Source: Octopus sinensis (Eukaryota). From it: a stretch of 64,000 nucleotides of DNA. Positions 45,872-59,301 of this stretch are shown here, in pieces (position 1 is the first letter of the stretch; every line of letters begins with the position of its first letter). A model generated the notes under the pieces. The model ran no database searches, was not told where the DNA came from, and was given only the letters and a program-made list of their open reading frames with translations. Where the stretch lies: contig NC_043007.1 in NCBI RefSeq assembly GCF_006345805.1, forward strand, positions 49,538,001 through 49,602,000, read 5' to 3'. Position numbers and translations under genes: made by a program.

Positions 45872-46209
45872 CACTCAAAGAGTTCAAGACACACACACTC
45901 AAAGAGTTCAACCAACACAAACCTCACCTCGGCTCTATTGTTAACCAAATATGAAAGTATTATTTGACAGGCAAGAACTCTGGCGTTGTAGACAGTCAGC
46001 CAGCCAACCACCAAGCCAGCCAACGAGACAGACAGACACTACTGCGATGGTGATAATGATAAAAAACAAAAATAACAATAATAAGATACTGCTGTGACTA
46101 CACATAAAACAATATCATTGATGATGATGGTGGTGATGGTGATGATGATAATGATAATGGTAATGGTGGCGATAATGTTGATAGTGATAATAATGGTGAT
46201 GATAATAAT

Positions 46210-49200
46210 AAGCCGACTACGGCTGCTATAATGGTACGATTATAATTGTAACGGCAATGATGGCCGTCTCCCCACGAGCCAATCAAAGCTAAAAAAATGA
46301 TAACATTATCGTAGCACCAAAATGTTTTTGGAAACTAAAAGGAAAACTAAATCAGTATACCAAATCGCTTGTCCTATGGTTAATCTGGAAGCGCGTCCCC
46401 CAGGGAAGAGCCAGCCTGGGATCGAAAAGTCATCAACTGGCACAAACTCTTCTCCGAATACGGACATGGATGGTCACTTGAACGGGAAATCCCCCAACTC
46501 GAGCCCTCCAAGTTCACCACCACAACCACCACAGAAAGAAAAATGTAAGCGGAACAAATGGACCCGAGAAGAGTATAAAGAAGTAATATACGCTTATTAC
46601 TATGCATTAGGTAGGCCATCTCAAGAGAGACACACCGCAAACTCTTACAGTATATGGAGAACACGGACTCAAGACAGTAGGCCCTATTTGGACGAGAACA
46701 AATTAGCAAATGTGAGGAGGGATATCCTTAGAAATAACAGACTCACAGACAGTGAAATAAGCGCGATCAAGCACGCAAAGGAAAATGACATAAATATAAG
46801 ACACAAAGGAAATGAAGAATCAGATGAACAGTATAGCCCGCCACGAAGCTTAATTGAAAGACTGCCATCTGACCAAAGTACGCAAAGGCCTGAAGATACA
46901 AGAAATTCTATTGTACCTGTTAAAGATAGCCAGGAAGACGATAAAACAACAGTAACTGAAGATCTCGCATTTGCTGAAGAACACAGAGAGTCTATGGCAG
47001 AAATGAGGCAGGAAATCCTGAATACGCTTGAAGTTGTAAGATATACAAGTATGAATGATAGAGAACCACTTCATAAACTCTCAAATACAAACCAAAATAA
47101 AAAACAAATCCAAATTGGCTACTATGTAAAAAATGAAATAATACAAGAATTAAAACCTGATTTTACTGAGTTAAATGAAATTATTTACGCTTCTTCTAGG
47201 GCAATTGAAACCAGATGTATGCCCCTGAAAAAACAAAGAAAACCAAACCTGGGAAGTAATCAAACCTGGAGAAGTAAAATTGAAAAAGAGATTGAATTTA
47301 TGAGAGGGGAAATATCAATATTAAATGAACTAATATGTGGAAATGATGTAAGATCCAGAACAGGAAGAAAGATGAAGAGAAAATTTGGATCCTCACCAAG
47401 AGAAGAACTGATATCAATAAAAGAAACGCTGAAACAAAAAGTCCAAGCAAAAGCCCAAAGAATACGAAGATTTGAGAAGAGAAACAAGTTTTACAAGCAA
47501 AATAAGCTGTTCACATCCAATGCCAACAAATTCTACAGAGAAATAGGGAAGGAGAAAGTAACCGTTAAAGACCCCCCTCCCATGGAAGAAGTTCAAATCT
47601 TTTGGAAAAGGATTTGGAGTGACAAGAAGACGTACAACATAAATGCAGACTGGATTATACAAACTGAAGGATCCTACCAAAATTTACAACAACAAGCATG
47701 GGAGGACATCACAATAGCAGACCTAAGAAAGGCACTCACGAAGGCTCATAATTGGAAATCCCCCGGTAAAGATAGGGTGCCGAATTTCTGGCTCGCATCG
47801 CTCCCATGCGCACACGGCAAGCTAGTTCAGCTGCTCAATGGAATTATGAGAGACCCAAAGAAAACACCTGAATGGTTAGCAAGTGGTATTACTTACCTAC
47901 TCCCAAAGAATAACGAAACCAACCTTCCAAAAAACTATCGGCCTATAACCTGTCTATCCACCACGTATAAAATCCTAACATCTATCCTGGCGGAGAAAAC
48001 ATATGCATTCATGGAGAAGAACGATATTTTCCCCATTGAACAAAAAGGGTGCCGCCGAGGCTCTTACGGATGCAAAGATCAACTGCTAATTAATCGTATG
48101 ATCCTTGAGGACTGTCACAACAAGCGCAGAAATCTCAGCTCCGCATGGATTGACTATAAAAAGGCCTTCGACAGTATACCGCATCCATGGATCTTGATAT
48201 CGCTGGACATCTTCAAAATTTCCCCTGTGATTTCAAACTTCCTGAAGCACAATATGTCGTTGTGGAATACGAATCTCCAATTATACCACTCTAATGGAGT
48301 ACTTGCCTCAGAAAATATAAACATCAACTGTGGAATTTTTCAAGGTGACTCACTTTCACCTTTAATATTCTGCATAGCCCTAATACCCCTTACAAGTGAA
48401 TTAAACAGAACAGGGTATGGGTATAAAATTGCCAATAAAAAAATAAGCCATCTATTTTATATGGATGACTTAAAACTCTATGGTAAAGACAATAATGAAC
48501 TTGAAGGCCTATTGCGCACTGTGAAAGCATTCAGCGATGACATCGGGATGGAGTTTGGGCTTGAGAAGTGTGCCAAGGCCACTTTCCAGAAAGGGAAAGT
48601 GAAGACCACAAATTCAGTCGTGTTAGATGTTGACACAGTCATAAGAGAGCTTGAGCAAGAACAAACATACAAATATTTAGGGATAAATGAAGGCTCTGGT
48701 ATTCAGCATGCAAGCATGAAAGAGAAGATCAGGAAGGAATGTTATAGGAGAGTTCGTGCAGTCCTGAAATCTGAACTAAATGCACGTAACAAGGTGTTAG
48801 CTATAAATTCCTTAGCAGTTCCAGTTGTTACTTATAGCTACAATGTGTTGAACTGGAATATGAGTGAAGTAAAGAATATAGATAGGAAAATACGCAAGCT
48901 GCTGAGTTGTAATAGGATGCACCACCCAAAGGCAGACGTAGATCGCCTTTACCTTCCCAGAGCCCAAGGAGGTCGAGGCCTGATCCAATTTGAACTAGCT
49001 TACAAAACAACCACAATTGGACTGGCCAAATATCTCGAAATAACGAATGACTGGATGCTAAATCTCGTGGAAAATCACGAGAAACGAAAGAAGCTTCATT
49101 CTATCATAAAGGAAAGCAAAAAATTTGCTATTGATCTCGAGCAGGATATCCAAACAGAACAACCCGAGGGAAGTACGGCAACTATTGTTGCAAAGAAGGT

Positions 49201-50177
49201 GAAAAAAATGGCAACGAAAAAAGCGCACGAGCAATTGGCTGATAGGTGGGAGGAGAAACCTCTGCACGGCAAATATGTGGCCCGCAGCAAATAAGCTGAT
49301 GTTGACCAGAAGCAAACCCATCAGTGGCTACGGAGCTCAGGGCTAAAAGCAGAGAGCGAAGGTTTCATCCTGGCTGCTCAAGATCAAAGCTTATTAACCC
49401 GGAACTACCAGGCCAATGTGATGAAAAATGGAGCAGACCCAAAATGCCGATTCTGCAACGACATGATTGAAATAGTGGACCACCTAATCTCTGGATGTAA
49501 AGTCTTAGCACCAGTGGAGTATAAATTAAGACATAACAGAGTTGGTCAATATCTACACTGGCTAATAAGTCGGCATTACAATATCAAAACTGCCGACAAG
49601 TGGTATAATCACCACCCTGAGGCTGTAACTGAAGGAGAAAATGTAACCATTCTGTGGGACTTTCCAGTACATACAGACCGAACCATCAAGGCCAATAAAC
49701 CAGATATTGTTGTGAAAGACCAAAACAACAAAGTTTGCTTATTGATCGACATGAGCATCCCCTGTGATCATAATATCTCAGCGAAAGAGTTTGACAAGCT
49801 CAGAAAATATAAAGACCTACTCATTGAAATTGAGAAAATGTGGCATCTCAAGGCGGTTACAATACCAGTGATCGTAGGAGCACTAGAAATGATCAAGAAG
49901 GGAACCGAAAATTATATGAGAATGATCCCTGGCTTACCATCCCTGCAAGATGTGCAAAAGATTGTCTTAACTGGTACATCACACGTATTGAGAAGAGCAT
50001 TGTCGATGTGAGAACTGTTGCTGCCCCTGTATTTTAATTTAACTTTAAAAAAAAAATGAACGAACTATTGAGTTTGGTTTAATGGCCTACCAATGTATAC
50101 TATGAGTTTCTTTGCCCTAGGAGTCGGGAAGACACTCGGCAAGAAATGGAAGCAAATTTGAAAGAAGAAAAAAAAAG
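46210..50177 (+). mobile_element. R4/Dong retrotransposon family D, near full length
   Basis: Single ORF 46322-50011 followed by a 3' UTR ending at (TAA)n. The 5' boundary is uncertain. Confidence 0.92.
46322..50011 (+). pseudogene. Dong ORF (RT, CCHC knuckle, restriction-like endonuclease), 1229 codons with one internal stop at 49292-49294
   Basis: The 990-aa and 197-aa ORFs are in the same frame with an open linker. Motifs: YMDD, CRFC...H..SGC, KANKPDIVV...IDMSIP...K..KY. Confidence 0.92.
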
Positions 50178-50185
50178 TAATAATG

Positions 50186-50236
<51 letters not shown>

Positions 50237-51434
50237 GATCCAGCTTGAACTTTCGTACAAAACCACCACAATCAGACTGGACAAGTACCTTGAAGCAACA
50301 AACGATTTGAAGCTAAAACTTGTTGAAAAACATGAAAGACCGAAAAAACTTCACTCTATTCTTAAGGAGAGCAAAAAATTCGCTACTGATCTCTTAGATA
50401 CCTACCAGATTGATCAGGTTGAAGGAAATGCGCCAACTGCTACAGCAAAGAAAATAAAATTAATTGCTAAGACAAAAGCACATGAAAAATTAGCTAGCAG
50501 ATGGGAACAGAAACCTCTGCATGGTAAGTATGTGGTCCGTAGCAAACAAGCTAATGTCGACCAGAAACACACGCACCAATGGTTGCGAAGCTCAGGGCTA
50601 AAAGCAGAGAGTGAATGTTTCATATTAGCTGCTCAAGACCAAACGCGGAACTACCGGAACTACCAAGCCAATGTGATAAAAAATGGAGCTGATCCAAAAT
50701 GCCGATTCTGTAACGATGAGATTGAAACTATAGACCACCTAATTTCAGGGTGTAGAGTCTTAGCACCTGCAGAATATAAAGCAAGACATGACAGAGTCGG
50801 CCAGTATTTACACTGGACAATATGTCGGCATTATAAAATCAAAACCGCTGACAAATGGTATAAACATCATCCTGAAGCTGTGACTGAGGAAGAAAATGTG
50901 TCGATTCTATGGGACTTCCCCGTGATGACCGACAAAACTATAAAAGCTAATAAACCGGATATTATTATAAAAGATCAGACAAAAAAGGTGTGTTTATTAA
51001 TTGACATGAGTATTCCTTACGATCACAATATAGCGACGAAAGAATTTGACAAGATCAGTAAATATAAAGACTTGCTAATAGAAATTGAAAAAAATGCGGT
51101 ATCTCAAAACGACTACAGTACCAGTGATTGTAGTATCTCTAGGAATGATAAAAATAGGTACTGAAACCTATTTGAAAATGATACCAGGCTTACCATCCCT
51201 ACAGGAAGTGCAAAAAATCTTGTTAACTGGAACGGTTCATGTACTGAGAAGAACATTATCGCTCTGAAAACGACATCCACTTATAAATTTATTTATTTAT
51301 TAATTTTTTAAATACATGTTTTACCTGTGAATTTGCGTGTGTAACCTGGGAATGCATACAATGAGCTTCTCTGCCCTAGGTGTACGGAAAACACTCGGCG
51401 AGAAACGGAAGAAAATTTGAAGAAAGAAGAATAT
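50237..51434 (+). mobile_element. R4/Dong family E, 3' fragment
   Basis: WEQKPLHGKY, CRFC...H..SGC and KANKPDII motifs. (TAA)n flanks. Related to but distinct from family D. Confidence 0.9.
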
Positions 51435-51435
51435 A

Positions 51436-51488
<53 letters not shown>

Positions 51489-52802
51489 ATTCCGATCATA
51501 TATAGCATTTCGGTCTAAACTGGACTTCTTCATCGTGAAGCTAAATTTATGACTCTGAGGATGAAAACAGGTGAAATTCTTCAGATAATGAGAAGGTTAA
51601 TGACTGAATGAATGTATTCGCGCGATTTTCTTTTACCAAATCAGAAAGATAGATAGATAGATAAATATTTCGCATGATAGTGAGAATACAGTGTACATTC
51701 CCGTTTTTACTGCTATAAACTTTGATAAATTTGTTTTGAGTAAAGCACGCCATTTCACGCTGCGTCATTCCTACAGCTGAAAACGAATACCAGCCGAGTG
51801 CTGATGCAGCCCAACACCACTTCGACTGTCACATCCTCTATCTTCGCTGAGCCAAGTGTGGAGGGCCCAGAGAGTGTCTCTCATAGACAACCAAAGGAGT
51901 CAGCGAAAGCACGGTACATTTATATGACGAGTATGGTGGAAACTGAGACCGCTGATGTTTGGTTTAAGAAATATATGGAATTTTATGATTATTTTATTCA
52001 CCCCAAAATAATTTAGATATAATCTACAGGTGACTGGTATAGTGAGTAAAATGAGGTCGATGATCGTAAAATAAATGAAGGCACTTTATTACTTCTTTCT
52101 TTGTCTGTCCCCGCCTACAGTGGAGCTCATATCCGAAAGGAATGTAAATATGGTGTCACCCAAGTTATTTCGCGCGATTTCCATTCTATTCTATTGTCGA
52201 CTACTACAATTTCACTGGATCTGGTGGGAGCATGGTTCAAGGGAGAAGCGGACTTCAGACAATAACCTATCTTAAATATGCTCTCAGACAACAATACTCG
52301 TTCGATGGAAAATTTTGCGGACATTATTTAACAGTTGGATTCGATCCCACGTTTTGCCACTTAGAAATCACAAGTGGATCATGTGCACAATCCTATGATA
52401 CAACAAATTTAAAATCAGTAAATTTTGATTTCCTCTCTATTTCCATTGTGAAACTTGCATCGAATATCGTGTGCTGAAAATATCTTAGGAATTATTATTA
52501 ATTTTTCGCAGGACACAAGGTTTCCAATCTTGTGGGAAGGTAAATTCAATAAAATCTGTTCAATTCCTAATTGGTATTTATTTTATCAGCTCTTGAAGAA
52601 TAAATGACAAGGCGAACCTAGAGAGATTTGAGCATACAATGTAAGTTACAACGTAACTAAATAAAGGTATATCAAATTAAAAGCTACTGTGTTATGTATA
52701 CAATCATGCTTATATAGATATCTGCACACATGACTGCAAACAGCTACGCATACTTAGCTATATACACATGTACAGATCTAAACGCACTTACATATACGCG
52801 CG

Positions 52803-52854
<52 letters not shown>

Positions 52855-53759
52855 CATATACACGGACATACGCTCACACACATCTATAAGGGAGCGTGTG
52901 CGTATATTTTCAATGAAGATTAACGGACTTTTCTGGTAGTTAGGCACCTTATCCAAGGGAGATTAATCTGCTGTCTACTTTACTCTAGTTTTATGATAAT
53001 GAAGCATCAAGACAACACGCTACCTTAAATGTATTCCCAGACAAAAAATATTCGTTCCATGTATAATTCTTTGTACATTATCTAATTTGTTGAGAGCAAA
53101 TAAACATCTAAGAAGAGGAAAACTAATTTTCATCTTCGAAGACTGATGCAACAGAACCCTGCCCAAAACAACTAACAGCTTACAAGGACTCACTTTATTC
53201 TGTAATTTCTCCCACTAGTTTCGGTCTGTGGTTAAGACCAGATTGCTATATTTTTGAATATGTTCGATATTTCCCTTCTAATTTTGGTACGAGGCCAGCA
53301 TTTTTGAGGGGAAGAGGAAGTCGATTATATCGACCTCAGTACCTGACTGGTACTTTATTTCATTGAACAAGAAAAGAATGAAATACACAGTTGACGACGG
53401 TGAAATTAAAACTCAAAAGGTGATGAATCGTAAGAAATGCCGTCAAGCATTTTGTCTGGCATGCTAAAGATTTTGGCAGATCTTCACCTTAATATGTTTG
53501 ATAATATTCCTTTCAACAGAGGCGCAGGCGTGGCCGTGGTAAGAAGTTTGGTGCCCAGCCATATGGTACCACGTTCAGTTTCAGTGTGGAACATTGGGCA
53601 AGAGTCTTTTACTATAGCCTCGAGTCGACCAAATTTTTGTGAGAGGTGTGAGTCAATTACATTGAACCAAGTACTTGACTGGAACTTATTTTGTCAATCC
53701 CTCCCCCGTCACCGAAATGATGAAACGGAATTTGAACTCAGAACGTAAAGCCTGACGAT

Positions 53760-54460
53760 ATACCTATTTCTTTACACAGAGAGGACAAACAAGGACAGAC
53801 AAACGGATTAAGTCGATTATATCGGCCCCAATGCGTATCTGGTACTTATTTAATCGACCCCGAAAGGATGAAAGGCAAAGTCGACCTCGGCGGAATTTGA
53901 ACTCAGAAAGTAGCAGCAGACGAAATACATATTTCTTTACTACCCACAAGGGGCTAAACACAGAGAGGACAAACAAGAACAGACAAACGGATTAAGTCGA
54001 TTATATCGACCTCAGTGCGTAACTGGTACTTATTTAATCGATCGCTACTTATTTAATCGATCCCGAAATCATGAAAGGCAAAGTCGACCTCGGCGGAATT
54101 TGAACTCAGAACTTAGCGGCAGTTTCTGCCAGCTCGCCGCCCTTAAAGTTTGAGTAGGCAAGAGATTATCATCCTCTACGTAGTTTCAACCGGAACTGAA
54201 ATGTGAAATGACAACTTCAATATGTATTACTGCGTTGCACAACATCAACAATAACAATCCTTTCTACTGAAGGCACAAAGCCTGAAATTTGGGTTTTGAT
54301 GATTTAAGTCGATTACATCGACCCCAGTACTCATCTGGTACTTTATCGATCCGGAGAGGATGAAAGGCAAAGTCGACCTCGGTGGAATTTGAACTGAGAG
54401 CATTAAGACGGACGAAATACCTCTAAGCATTCTTGTCTACGACTCTGCCAGCACGCCATT
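53760..54460 (-). mobile_element. Cluster of SINE family II copies, two with a Tx1-like tail
   Basis: Repeated core. Variant tail TTAGCCCCTTGTGGGTAGTAAAGAAA complete at 53931-53972 and internally deleted at about 53766. Confidence 0.85.
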
Positions 54461-54886
54461 ATGTGCACAAGCTCTGAAATGTGGGAGTGGGGCTACTCAT
54501 TTAAATCAAGCCCAGTGCTCAACTGGTAACTTATTTTATTGACTCCGAAAGGATAAAAGACAAAGTGGGCCTCAGTGGTGTTAGAATCCAGAAGGTAAAC
54601 CATTGGAAAAAATGTCGTTAAGTATTTCATCCAATGTGCCAATGACTCCGCCATCCTGCTGCTTGAAGAAGTGGAGTAGAACTTGGGAATGTATTTCTTA
54701 TTGACAAAATGACTCCATCCCTAATATCAGGAATCTTGTAGATCTAATACCAAAGTGATTTTTAAAATTATATATTCACTTTCTTGTATTTTTTAAAAGC
54801 AAAACTGTATATTTACGATGTATGTAACAATTCTATGGTAAGTATAAATCAAGTGAAGAATAAAATGTAATGCTTATATAACTTAC

Positions 54887-55028
54887 CTATTGCCAGTACT
54901 TGGAAACGACTATGAGATACAATCAAAAGAGAAGACGAAACAAGCAGCTGCCTAATTTGGTAATTACCATAAGTCTTTAAATTGATGAGTAGATTATCCA
55001 AATCATAAACGGCCTCTGTACCAGCCAT
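54887..55028 (-). CDS. SLC22 exon 1 (start codon, TM1)
   Basis: MAGTEAVYDLDNLLINLKTYGNYQIRQLLVSSSLLIVSHSRFQVLAI-G, followed by a GTAAGT donor. Phase 1 matches exon 2. An in-frame TAG lies immediately upstream of the ATG. Confidence 0.75.
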
Positions 55029-55304
55029 CTACGAAACTTATGACCGTGTTATTGGCTGGTGATATTATCGGTATTGTTTTCAGTGATTAGTAACAGTCGC
55101 CGCGAAGTTGTCGCTGTTATGCTGTGGAATCGCTGTTCTTATTACATTGGTGAGGTTAATATTGTTAGTAGTCGTAGTGATATTGTTCTTTCATGACTGT
55201 GATGGTAGTGGGGGTAGTTGTTGGTCGAGCTGGTGCTTACGATGGTGGGGGTTGGTATGTGGTGGTGGTAGTGGTGATGATTATATGATATATTCCATAT
55301 ATCG

Positions 55305-55376
55305 ATCTTCTTCTTCTTCTTCTTCTTCTTCTTCTTCTTCTTCTTCTTCTTCTTCTTCTTCTTCTTCTTCTTCTTC
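55305..55376. repeat. (TTC)n microsatellite upstream of SLC22 exon 1
   Basis: Read directly from the sequence. Confidence 0.95.
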
Positions 55377-55566
55377 ATCCTCCACTCGCTACGCCGTCTG
55401 AATCTTTTAACCTTTCATTTACCCATAGGTCCATATATTCTTTCTTTCTGGCCTTTATTCCATCGTTCGATCATCCAGCCATTTATTCAGTGGTTCCGCT
55501 CTTAAATCTTAGCAATTTCATTCCGTTCATGTAGCAAACCAAATATTGAACGTATACCTATATATG

Positions 55567-55620
<54 letters not shown>

Positions 55621-55927
55621 GTGTGTGTGTGTACGTATTTATGCATGTATGTATAACTACTCACACACAACAAACACGGTGATGGTAAAATCAGGAAAGA
55701 GAAGAGATGATCGGGAAAAGCAAAAAAGAGGTTCATTTAGATAGACATTTTAACGTAATCAACGTTAACCTTCCTCCTCTTCTTCCCTTTCCCCTTCCCC
55801 CCTCCCCCTCCTCCCCCTCCTCCCCCTCCTCCTCCTCCTCATCGTTATTATTATTGTCAATTTAGCTATTGTCTTACACTTGGATAACATAAACAGCATC
55901 ACCCACACTACCACCACCACCACCACC

Positions 55928-55986
<59 letters not shown>

Positions 55987-56115
55987 GTATTTATTATTAT
56001 TATTTCTGTTGTTGTTGTTATTGTTGAAATTATTTCCAGAGTGTCTGAGCATAGCTACAGGATGTACCTAGGTAAGTACGGGTGGTAGATGAGGCAAAGA
56101 TAGAAAATGAAAAAG

Positions 56116-56173
<58 letters not shown>

Positions 56174-56198
56174 GTAGGTAGGTAGATAGATAGATAGT

Positions 56199-56326
<128 letters not shown>

Positions 56327-56353
56327 TAGGTAGATAGATAGGTAGATAGATAA

Positions 56354-58578
56354 GTTTCTTTATTGGCCACACAGGGCTGCACACAGATGGGACAAGTTAC
56401 AAGGTAGAGCTTTTCTTTTGGGGGATGAAGAGAACAAAAAGCAAAAGAAAAAAAAAGGGGTTGGCGTAGGTTTTCGATCAAGAGGGATCGTAAAAGGGAA
56501 GAAAAGAACAAAAAAAAAATTGAATAAAATAAAAAGAATAAAAAGAAAAAAAGGGAAAAGGAAAAGGAACAAAAGGAAAGAGAAATGAAAAAAGAAGAAA
56601 AAAGGGGGAAAAAAGGGGAAGAGGAAAAAAAAGAACAATCAATAGGGATCGTGTATCACAGTGTTATGATATATGGTGTTAAGGGGAAAGCAAGTAAGGT
56701 TTACCCGTGGGAAGAAAAGCCTACGAAAAAGACCACGGTAACCTTGGTCAATATTGTTATATGTTACCACATTTCTTTGCAAGTGGGTAACCCTCTGTTT
56801 TCAATTTCTGGGTTCATAGGATTATGCTCAAGGTGGCTTCGTCATTCATACGTGCCATCCTTGCTACATTCACCCATCTTTTTTTAAAACATTCGCTAGA
56901 CAAAACTTGCCTCTCTACTCTCACTTTCCTTTTCAAGTGGTACTTGAAGAAGTTGATGAGAGATTGACCAGAGAGGAAAGTGTTTGTCTCCAATCCTTTC
57001 AGACGCGTCCACCAGATACATTCTTTCGCCATAGCCACAAGGATGATGAAAATAGCTCTTCCTTCCCGTTTGAAGGAAGGAGGCGTGACAATATTGACGA
57101 TAGACTCAGCTGATAAACCGACTCGTCCCACACGTGACAGCAGTTGTTCGACATAAGCCCACAGGTCGGAAATTGTTGGACACTGCACGAGTGCGTGCAG
57201 AACGGTTTCGTCGCTCTGACCGCATCTCGGGCAGGTCGACCCCGTGTTTCTCGAGCCGTGTCTGTAGAGCTTATCCCGAACGGGTAGCGCTTCTCGGTAG
57301 CACTGCCAGGCCAGGGATCTCTGGAAGTTGTCCATGGGTCCTGGCCCGAAAGTCGTCCTGAACAGGCGGGTCAGGTACTCCTCGTCGACGTCCAGGTTCG
57401 CCTCGAGCTCGTCGTCGTACCTCCCCTCCACTAAACCCCTATAGAATGCTTTGGTTGTGTTGAAGTCACTCAAGGTCGACCCAGGACGGCAGAGTTGCTT
57501 GAGAGCAACGCGACACTCGCGGTGCCATTCGCCCTTCCTCGGCCTCTTTTTGATCCACGACTGCAGTTCGGTCATGGAGACGAGCTGCGGGAAAGCGTGC
57601 CTCACAAACGGCGACCACACCTGTTCACCGTCGTCTACATAGAGCCAGAGATGTCGCAGTCTCAGCGCGTGTCTGCGCATCATCAACCACGGCATGCCCA
57701 GCCATCCTTTTAACGGGTGTTGACAGCAAATGGATCGCCTGACCATCGGGACGCATCCTTTCCACAAGAAGCGAAAGAGAATGCGTTGTAGTTTGGTGAT
57801 GGTAGGGTCGGGACAAGGTACGACGGTCAGGCGGTAGTAGATGACGGATGCGATGTACGTGTTCGCCACCTCCGCCCGACCTTTTAGGGACAGTTTCCTC
57901 TCGGCCCATTGCCGGGCGAGAGTGACCACCCTACTCGTTATCTCGTTCCAGTTCTTCTCCACTTGGAGGTCCGGACCAAACCAGACCCCGAGCAACTCAA
58001 CCGGGCCGTCGGTCCAGCGTCCCACGACGGAGGCGCTGGTGGACGGCATGGGCTTGCTTCTCCAGGTGCCTAGTCGCAAGCCCACTGACTTTTCCTGGTT
58101 GATTTTCGCTCCTGTCACCGCTTCGTAGTTTTTCAGTGTCTCGCCGACCAGCTCGATGTGCTCGTGGCTAGACACTATGACGGTGACGTCGTCCGCGTAT
58201 GCAGACACGCTCGTCCCGCATCCCAGTTCTCGCGGGATGCCTCTCAAGGTTGCCAGCTTCCGCAATAATGGCTCGAGAGTCAATACGTATACAAGCGACG
58301 AGAGGGGGCATCCCTGACGGACCGAACGTGCGATGTCGAAGGGTCTCGATAGATGTCCATTCACGCGAATTACCGAACGCGGAAGACGGGACCGAAGCCA
58401 GCCGCTCCGAGGACCGCCTCCAAGTATCGATGGTCCACCCTATCGAAAGCTTTCGATTGATCCAAATTGATCAGCGCCCCACCCATGCCAGGTTCGTTAA
58501 CTACCCTGTCTATGATGTAGCGCATCAGGTGGAGGTTGTCATGGATGGTCCGGCCTGGCACGGCGCATGTTTGCGCCT
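56354..58578 (-). mobile_element. Tx1/L1-clade LINE, young 5'-truncated copy in (TATC)n
   Basis: LDQSKAFDRVDH, VRQGCPLS and YADD motifs. A small deletion with frameshift near 58370. 4 aa differences in 237 versus 7263-8380. (TATC)n on both sides. Confidence 0.92.
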
Positions 58579-58584
58579 GATAGC

Positions 58585-58659
<75 letters not shown>

Positions 58660-58923
58660 GTAGGTAGATAGATAGGTAGATAGATAGGTAGGTAGATAGA
58701 TAAAAAGAAAGAAAGATGAATGAATGAATGAATGAAAGAAGAAAGAAGGAAATAGACGGAGAAAGAAAGAGAAAGAGGGGAGAGAGTCAGTGAATAAGGG
58801 TGTGTGATGTAAAAGAATAAAATTCAGTTGTGACGTCAAATCACATAATTTGGTCCGTAATTTTGAACTTCCTATGAGTCCTACATATATATTGAATGCT
58901 GTCTAACAACACCCCGATGAAGA

Positions 58924-59019
<96 letters not shown>

Positions 59020-59084
59020 GCTTGTCAATCTATCTATGAATTCATCTCTCTCTCTCTCTCTCTCTCAATATATATATATACTTA

Positions 59085-59257
59085 TCCGCCCTTTTCAAAC
59101 CTAGCCAGGCTCATGGGCCCGGTTTCCTGGTCTCTATGGCATATGTGTTCCCCCCAGCTGGACGGGACGCCAGTCCATCGCAGCGTTACTCATGAAACAG
59201 GAAGAAAGAGTGAGCGAAAGTTGGGGCGAAAGAGTACAACAGGAGTCGCCACCACCC

Positions 59258-59262
<5 letters not shown>
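59085..59262 (-). mobile_element. SINE fragment combining a family III body with a family IV tail
   Basis: The 5' part matches about 28757-28820. The 3' part matches about 36820-36915. Confidence 0.7.

Positions 59263-59300
<38 letters not shown>

Positions 59301-59301
<1 letters not shown>

Noticed and set aside
49292-49294. Readthrough of the Dong stop by A-to-I editing (UAA to UGG)
   Set aside because: It would need two edits, and there is no evidence for a local duplex. A simple CAA-to-TAA mutation explains the stop.
52075-52477. Plus-strand acceptor-like site and ORF containing GKFCG (CUB-like)
   Set aside because: There is an in-frame stop right after the acceptor, no other CUB hallmarks and no partner exons.
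53212-53250. GGTC-loop-GACC-GAAACTAGT on the minus strand
   Set aside because: It has no catalytic core and could equally be a LINE 3' hairpin.
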